Assembly (NCBI GenBank): GCA_025350405.1
Contig: JANXXX010000056.1
Location: 2,103 to 66,102 of the forward strand
Direction: 5' to 3'
Length of the DNA: 64,000 nt
From: Gallionella sp.
Lineage (GTDB): Bacteria; Pseudomonadota; Gammaproteobacteria; Burkholderiales; Gallionellaceae
Shown here piece by piece: positions 58,631-64,000 of this stretch. The position numbers and the translations under genes are program-made. Position 1 is the first letter of the stretch. Every line of letters begins with the position of its first letter. The notes under the pieces were generated by a model. The model saw nothing but the letters and a program-made list of their open reading frames with translations, had not been told where the DNA came from and did no database searches.

Positions 58631-59878
58631 TTACCAGCGATACAGTCCGGATTCGGTAGCGTCATTAAGGATCTCCGCGATGCGGTGGTGTCCTTCGCTC
58701 ATGGCAACATCCCTAGGTGTTTTGCCCTGCGCGTTTGTTATGTGGAATTTCACGCCGTTATGTACCAATATTTGCATCACATCTGCCAAGCCTTTTTCTG
58801 CAGCAACGAACACAGGAATAATCCCATCCTGGTCAAAGTTAATCTCTGTGTTGGATTTCAGCAGCCGGTGCAGATTAACCAGATCACCTTTGGATATCGC
58901 GGTCAGTATGGCCTTGCGCGATTCTGCGGTATCAATCTTGTGAGATTCGAAGCCAGATGGCAGCAGCTTGAATAGATAACTCACCAGCGATAGAGTAACG
59001 ATCAGCCCCAACACGATCAGCATCTCAAATGGGCTGAGGTCCAGGATTGCAGCGATCGCATCCTGCAGATTGGCGCCAATGGTGAGCACTTTGAACAACA
59101 TCTTGGTCGCCAATGCGATCAACAGCAAGGCGAACAGTTTGCGTAGAAACTCAACCTTCAAGTGGTTCGTAGCTTTTGCGCCTAGCGGTGCCATGATGAC
59201 GCTGGCAAGTGATACCCAGAATAAACCGGGCAGGTAGACAAAGCCGATGTTGGGGGCGGGCAAGGCGGGGTGGTTCATGCCGGTTACGATGTAACCTAAC
59301 GTGCCGCCGACTGCAATCGGAAAGCCAATGGCGGCGGAGGTGCCGATCGCGTGTCTGAGCGAAAAATTGCACCAAAGCAGGAAGGGGGTGATTATCATGC
59401 CGCCGCCGATGGATACCATGCTGCTCAGCGTGCCGGTAAATATGCCGGTAATGGTCATGCCGACCATACCGGGCGGTTGGCGCGAGGCGTGCGGACGCAC
59501 GTCGAGCAGGATTTGTACGGCGACGAAATAGACGAACAGCGCGAAGAATATTCCCAGCCCGTGTATCGGGATGGATGCAGCGAGCAACGCGCCTAAACCG
59601 GTGCCGAGCAGGATGCCGGGGGTGATGTTGCGCACCACGCGCCAGTTTACCGCGCCATGCTGATGATGCTTGCGCATGCTGGAGAGCGCAGTGAACAGGA
59701 TGATTGCCATCGAGGTGCCGAGGGCCATATGCATCGCATTGTCAGCGGGAAAGTGCTGCGCGTCGAACAGCAACAGCAAAACCGGCACGAGCATGACTCC
59801 GCCGCCAACACCGAGCAGTCCGGCCAAAAAACCCGAGATTGCACCGAGTATTAAATAACTGATGTACCAATCCATCAT
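58631..59878 (-). CDS. TSUP (TauE/SafE) family permease fused to an extra TM segment and C-terminal ankyrin repeats
   Basis: MMDWYISYLILGAISGFLAGLLGVGGG TSUP N-terminus. The C-terminus carries ankyrin-like units (IIPVFVAAEKGLADVMQILVHNGVKFHITNAQGKTPRDVAMSEGHHRIAEIL). The start overlaps the EVE-gene stop (ATGATG/TGA). Confidence 0.75.
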   Translation of the reverse strand: MMDWYISYLILGAISGFLAGLLGVGGGVMLVPVLLLLFDAQHFPADNAMHMALGTSMAIILFTALSSMRKHHQHGAVNWRVVRNITPGILLGTGLGALLAASIPIHGLGIFFALFVYFVAVQILLDVRPHASRQPPGMVGMTITGIFTGTLSSMVSIGGGMIITPFLLWCNFSLRHAIGTSAAIGFPIAVGGTLGYIVTGMNHPALPAPNIGFVYLPGLFWVSLASVIMAPLGAKATNHLKVEFLRKLFALLLIALATKMLFKVLTIGANLQDAIAAILDLSPFEMLIVLGLIVTLSLVSYLFKLLPSGFESHKIDTAESRKAILTAISKGDLVNLHRLLKSNTEINFDQDGIIPVFVAAEKGLADVMQILVHNGVKFHITNAQGKTPRDVAMSEGHHRIAEILNDATESGLYRW

Positions 59879-60339
59879 GTGTGCGCCAGATTCTTTGTGA
59901 TGAAGTTCCATTCCGCCGGATCGAGCGGCGTGATTGACAAGCGGTTGCCGCGCTGCAAGGTGCGCATATGTTCCAGCTCAGGGTGCTTGCGTAATTCGTC
60001 GATGGAGATAAGCGCAATCTTCTTGACCAGTTGTACATCCACATTAAACCAGCGCGGCTGTTCCTGTGTGGCCTTGGCGTCGAAGTATTTGCTGCTACGT
60101 TTGAACTGCGTGGCATCGGGATAGGCCGTGCTGCTGACTTTGGCGATGCCGGCGATGCCCGGCTCTTTGCAGTTGGAATGATAGAACAGTACACCGTCGC
60201 CGACCTTCATCTGGTCGCGCATGAAATTGCGCGCCTGATAGTTGCGCACCCCATACCATGCCACGGTCTGGTTGGGTAGCGCGGCGAGGTCGTCGATGCT
60301 GCAATCGGAAGGTTCAGATTTCATCAGCCAGTAGCGCAT
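59875..60339 (-). CDS. EVE (PUA-like) domain protein
   Basis: 154 aa, MRYWLMKSEPS...WYGVRNYQARNFMRD...GDGVLFYHSNC. Confidence 0.85.
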   Translation of the reverse strand: MRYWLMKSEPSDCSIDDLAALPNQTVAWYGVRNYQARNFMRDQMKVGDGVLFYHSNCKEPGIAGIAKVSSTAYPDATQFKRSSKYFDAKATQEQPRWFNVDVQLVKKIALISIDELRKHPELEHMRTLQRGNRLSITPLDPAEWNFITKNLAHT

Positions 60340-60352
60340 GGTTCACGTCCAC

Positions 60353-60390
60353 AAATAAAAAGTGCGACCTGAGGTCATCAAGGCCGCACT
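60353..60390 (-). terminator. intrinsic terminator after 6S RNA
   Basis: On the minus strand, AGTGCGGCCTTGATGACCTCAGGTCGCACT followed by TTTTTATTT. Confidence 0.75.
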
Positions 60391-60394
60391 GGAA

Positions 60395-60595
60395 TAAAGC
60401 CCCCCGCCTGTGCCGTTGACCCAATATCTTGAACCTTGGTTCAAGAGGGCCGCTTCCCAGTTACATCAGGTACATCCGCCATCCGGATAAATCCGGAGGG
60501 GACGCGCACAACAGTAACATCAAGGGTCGTGGCCTAAGCCTAAGCTTATGGGTTCAAAGAATTATGGGCCTGACGAACACCGCAGGGGACAAACC
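60395..60595 (-). ncRNA. ssrS: 6S RNA
   Basis: Lies immediately downstream of zapA, as in many proteobacteria. It contains the conserved CUCUUGAACCAAGGUUCAAGA motif. The 5' GUCCCCUGCGGUGUUCG can pair with the 3' CGGCACAGGCGGGGGGC as a closing stem. The ends are approximate. Confidence 0.8.
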
Positions 60596-60611
60596 GGTAA
60601 CACATTATTAT

Positions 60612-60923
60612 TTAGAACAGCGTATCTTGCTCGGCTAATGCCTGATCTATCGCTGTCTGCATGGCATTCATTCTACGCTTAAAGTCGGAGAGGTCAACGC
60701 CGCGACCTACTTTTGTGGTGAGCAGTTCGTGGGTGATATTGAGTGCGGCCATCAGCGCGATCCGCTCGACGCTGGCGATTTTCCCGGCATCGCGAATTTC
60801 GCGCATGCGCTTGTCCAGATAAGCGACGGCATCCAGCAACTCGCCGCGTTCGTCCTCGGGGCAGGCGATACGCAACTCGCGGTCGAGTATCTTGATTTCC
60901 AGCGTTTTTGTGGTGTTGCTCAT
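60612..60923 (-). CDS. zapA: cell division protein ZapA
   Basis: 103 aa, LEIKILDRELRIACPEDERGELLDAVAYLDKRMREI. Confidence 0.9.
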   Translation of the reverse strand: MSNTTKTLEIKILDRELRIACPEDERGELLDAVAYLDKRMREIRDAGKIASVERIALMAALNITHELLTTKVGRGVDLSDFKRRMNAMQTAIDQALAEQDTLF

Positions 60924-61120
60924 GATTGATCTTCGGGCAGAGTGACCAGCAGTTTTTCCAAGCGAGTTTTCGCAATATTCATCTTGTCGCTGTACTGGCG
61001 ATTGCTGCTGAGAGCGTGCGCTAACTCTTGGCGTAACTGGTGATTTTCCGCACGCAACTTGCCGCTAACCTGTATCAGTTGGGCGAGTTTGCTTTCCAGT
61101 GTGCTCAAATCATTTTCCAT
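60920..61120 (-). CDS. small coiled-coil protein (ZapB-like / TIGR02449-like)
   Basis: 66 aa from ATG 61120 (MENDLSTLESKLAQLIQVSGKLRAENHQLRQEL). The track start at 61156 is a TTG. It overlaps the zapA start. Confidence 0.7.
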   Translation of the reverse strand: MENDLSTLESKLAQLIQVSGKLRAENHQLRQELAHALSSNRQYSDKMNIAKTRLEKLLVTLPEDQS

Positions 61121-61227
61121 GCGCTGACTATAAATTGAAAAGTGCTGATAAGTCAAACGCTAAGACGGATTTATGCAAGCAGTTTGTAGGCTCTTGGCAA
61201 TTCTTGTTTCTTGAGATGCGCTAGGTT

Positions 61228-61425
61228 TGTGATAAAGTGCGCGCCGCTTTGAGGTGCTTGTCTGCATGCAGATGAATTAAACGGGAAGCAGGTGCGGGAA
61301 CCAAGTTCCCTATGCCTGAGCTGCCCCCGCAACGGTAAGCGAATGTGGATTTGCCAGTGTGCCACTGTGAGTAATCATGGGAAGGCGGCAAATCAAGACT
61401 TGCGAGCCCGGATACCGGCCCAAGA
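61228..61425 (+). promoter_or_regulatory. cobalamin riboswitch, copy 1 (leader of cobO)
   Basis: TTAAACGGGAAGCAGGTG, CTGCCCCCGCAACGGTAAGC, GCCACTG and GGGAAGGCGG core elements. Confidence 0.85.
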
Positions 61426-61568
61426 GCTAAGAACAGGAGATGTTGGGGGTGGCGCGTCGGAAAAATATCGAACGACAGCTTCGTTTGAATTCTCCCCCTC
61501 TTACCAAGCATTGCCTGATTTTGTGTTTCCTGCGTGAACGCAGGCTGCTCACACACTTAGGATAGGCA

Positions 61569-62174
61569 ATGAACAAGCCAGACCCCGACGAACAACATCG
61601 CATCCGCGCGCAACGCCACAAAGAAGTGGTCGACGCGAAAATCGCGCGCGCCACGGAAAATCGCGGTGTGGTACTGGTGAATACCGGCAACGGCAAAGGC
61701 AAGAGCAGCGCGGCATTTGGCATGATGGCGCGCGCCCTCGGCCATGGCATGCGTGTAGGCGTGGTGCAGTTCATCAAGGGCAGCTTTTCCACCGGCGAAG
61801 AAACTTTTTTTCGCCGCTTCCCGGAAGTCGAATATCACGTGATGGGCGACGGCTTTACCTGGGAAACGCAGGATAAGGAACGTGACATTGCCTCGGCACA
61901 AGCCGCGTGGCGCGTGGCATGCACCATGCTGAATAATCCCGATATCGCGCTGGTGGTGCTGGACGAAATCAATATTGCGCTGAAGCTGCACTATCTGGAA
62001 GTCGAACAAGTGCTGGAGGCATTGCGCAAACGCCCGGCCATGCAGCACGTAGTGCTGACCGGACGTGCCGCGCCCGATGCACTCATTGAATATGCCGACA
62101 CCGTCACCGAGATGCGCATGATCAAGCATGCCTTCGATGCTGGCATACAGGCTCAGAATGGCGTCGAGTTATGA
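61569..62174 (+). CDS. cobO: cob(I)yrinic acid a,c-diamide adenosyltransferase
   Basis: 201 aa with P-loop NTGNGKGKSSAAFG and the VVLDEIN motif. Confidence 0.9.
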   Translation: MNKPDPDEQHRIRAQRHKEVVDAKIARATENRGVVLVNTGNGKGKSSAAFGMMARALGHGMRVGVVQFIKGSFSTGEETFFRRFPEVEYHVMGDGFTWETQDKERDIASAQAAWRVACTMLNNPDIALVVLDEINIALKLHYLEVEQVLEALRKRPAMQHVVLTGRAAPDALIEYADTVTEMRMIKHAFDAGIQAQNGVEL

Positions 62175-62201
62175 ACGCTTCCTTAGTTAAGATGATTTTT
62201 C

Positions 62202-62405
62202 TGTGATAAAGTGCGCGCCGCTTTGAGGTGCTCGTCTGCTTGCAGATGAGTTAAACGGGAAGCAGGTGATGGAACATAAGTTCCTTATGCCTGAGCTGCC
62301 CCCGCAACGGTAAGCGAGTGTGGATTTGTCAGTGAGCCACTGTGAGTATTTATTCATGGGAAGGCGGCAAATCAAGACTTGTGAGCCCGGATACCGGCCC
62401 CAAAG
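62202..62405 (+). promoter_or_regulatory. cobalamin riboswitch, copy 2 (leader of btuB)
   Basis: Near-identical to copy 1 over about 200 nt, with the same core elements. Confidence 0.85.
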
Positions 62406-62549
62406 CAACGGTTGGGAGATGCTGCGGGTGGTCGCATCAGAATGCATATGAACTGTATCGCAGTTCGTATTCTGGTTTTTTCTGCTTACACACTCCTGAA
62501 TTTTTAACGTTCCAACGGGGACGCTTGGAACTTACTCAGGAAATAAATC

Positions 62550-64000
62550 ATGAAACGGAAATTAATCACTGTTGCACTATTCGGTGCAATCGCATTCCCT
62601 TTAGCTGCTCATGCCGAAACTCCGATGGAGTTGGTTATCGTGACACCCACGCGTATGCCGCAGTCACTGGATAAAGCCATTGCTGATACGACGGTGTTGA
62701 CAGAGCAGGATATTCGCAAATCTGGTGCGCCCGATGTGCCGACCTTACTGCGATCTATGGCAGGGGTTGAGGTAGTGCAAAGCGGCGGGCTGGGCAAAGT
62801 GAGCAGCACTTTTATGCGCGGCACTAACTCAAGCCATGTGCTGGTGTTGCTGGACGGCGTGCGCATCAATTCCGCTACCAGCGGAACGACTGCTCTCGAA
62901 CACATCATGCTGGACAGCATCGAACGTATCGAAGTGGTGCGCGGTAACGTCAGCAGCTTGTATGGTTCCGAAGCCATCGGCGGCGTGATCCAGTTTTTCA
63001 CCAAGCAGGGGCACGGCGCGCCAGCGTTCAACGCCAGCGCCGGTTTAGGCAGTCATGGTACGAAACGTCTGGCAGCCGGATTTTCGGGCGGTGTAGATGC
63101 AACTTCGTTTAGCGTGAATGTCGGCAAGGTAAAAACCGACGGCGTGTCGGCGATCAATACGCAAATCGCGCCTACAGCCAATCCAGATAATGACGGGTAT
63201 GACAATACCACTTTCAACGCGCAGGTGAAGCATACGATTAATGCCGAACATCAATTGTCAGCGTCGTTGTTCAGCACACGCGGTGATAGCCAGTATGACA
63301 ATCCATTTAACGCAGCAACGACCGATCTCAACAATACCAAAGCTTCAATCGAAAAATTGTCGTTATCTTCGGACGATCAATTGAACGCGATGTGGCACAG
63401 CAAGCTGAATTGGGCTCGCGGCACGGACGATAGCAAGGATTATTTGAACGGCGTGGAGAATGGCAATATCAAAACGGTGAGCAATCAACTTGCTTGGCAA
63501 AATGAATTGAAGATTACCGATACCCAGCGTATTAATTTGGCTGTGGAGCGTCTGGGTCAATCTGTTAGTTCTAGCACGCTGTTTACTCAGACTACGCGCA
63601 GCGTGAATAGTTTGCTTGGCGGCTATGTGGGCGAGTATGGCGCACAACAAGTGCAATTAAATTGGCGCCAGGATCGCTATTCGGATTTTGGCACGGCGAA
63701 TACCGGTTTGCTCGGTTATGGATTGGTATTCGCGGATAGCTGGCGCGCTACGGCAAGTGTCAGCAATGCGTTCAAGGCACCGACCTTTAACGATATGTAT
63801 GCTCCTGTAGCATGGGGTAGCAACCCGAATTTGCTGCCCGAGTATGCAAATAATCGTGAGGTGGGTTTGCATTATGCGTCGAGTGGGCAGCATGTCGATC
63901 TGGTTTATTTCGACAATCGAATTCATGATTTAATTAACTATCCCGCTCCGACATATACCGCACAAAATACCGATCGGGCACGTATTGATGGCACTGAGTT
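62550..64000 (+). CDS. btuB: TonB-dependent cobalamin receptor, 3' end lies outside the window
   Basis: Not in the ORF track because it runs off the window. ATG 62550, signal peptide MKRKLITVALFGAIAFPLAAHA, TonB-box-like ELVIVTPTR, and plug motifs RGTNSSHVLVLLDGVRIN and IERIEVVRGNVSSLYGSEAIGGVIQFFTK. It is preceded by a cobalamin riboswitch. Confidence 0.88.
   Translation, partial: MKRKLITVALFGAIAFPLAAHAETPMELVIVTPTRMPQSLDKAIADTTVLTEQDIRKSGAPDVPTLLRSMAGVEVVQSGGLGKVSSTFMRGTNSSHVLVLLDGVRINSATSGTTALEHIMLDSIERIEVVRGNVSSLYGSEAIGGVIQFFTKQGHGAPAFNASAGLGSHGTKRLAAGFSGGVDATSFSVNVGKVKTDGVSAINTQIAPTANPDNDGYDNTTFNAQVKHTINAEHQLSASLFSTRGDSQYDNPFNAATTDLNNTKASIEKLSLSSDDQLNAMWHSKLNWARGTDDSKDYLNGVENGNIKTVSNQLAWQNELKITDTQRINLAVERLGQSVSSSTLFTQTTRSVNSLLGGYVGEYGAQQVQLNWRQDRYSDFGTANTGLLGYGLVFADSWRATASVSNAFKAPTFNDMYAPVAWGSNPNLLPEYANNREVGLHYASSGQHVDLVYFDNRIHDLINYPAPTYTAQNTDRARIDGTE

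Noticed and set aside
60429-60638. 69-aa plus-strand ORF.
   Set aside because: It overlaps the 6S RNA locus on the opposite strand. It has no RBS and its composition is non-coding-like.

Overview
No searches were run. All family calls rest on motifs read from the translations and on gene order.

The window looks like a chromosomal segment from a Betaproteobacterium (Nitrosomonadales/Gallionellaceae-like; this is inference from gene order and protein sequences).

- **1-20 kb:** a sulfotransferase fragment, then a complete dcw cluster (mraZ-rsmH-ftsL-ftsI-murE-murF-mraY-murD-ftsW-murG-murC-murB-ddl-ftsQ-ftsA-ftsZ) and lpxC.
- **20-43 kb:** mostly core genes. These are a DUF721/DciA-like gene, an M23 peptidase, secA, a small cNMP-binding protein, argJ, a DUF815 ATPase, a Nudix-ThiE fusion, yacG-zapD-coaE-pilD-pilC, a CorC-type transporter, lgt, a hexose-6-P mutarotase, two tandem cytochrome c genes and a livKHMGF-like importer.
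- **43.3-53 kb:** a visibly more AT-rich accessory block with no mobility genes.
  - It starts with a His-rich periplasmic protein, an outer-membrane channel and a TPR-methyltransferase.
  - It then carries the most interesting locus (47.5-52.9 kb). A Slam/DUF560-like (type XI secretion-like) outer-membrane protein sits with a FecR-domain cargo carrying a TbpB-like C-terminal barrel and an HTH regulator.
  - That operon is transcribed divergently from an operon of four small proteins.
  - One of the four is a 64-aa minimised paralogue of the cNMP-binding protein that lies between secA and argJ. The two share a conserved ELxNYIYxxxGRY C-terminus.
- **53-64 kb:** a relA that stops exactly where the ACT domain should begin, then an alpha/beta hydrolase-DUF4105-DUF3015 cluster, a TSUP-ankyrin fusion coupled to an EVE-domain gene, 6S RNA downstream of zapA, and two near-identical cobalamin riboswitches in front of cobO and a partial btuB.

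Several interspersed repeat families are present. An orphan ORF at 27.9-28.4 kb is framed by integron-core-like inverted repeats and by structured mosaic repeats. I saw no CRISPR array, tRNA, rRNA, transposase or integrase.
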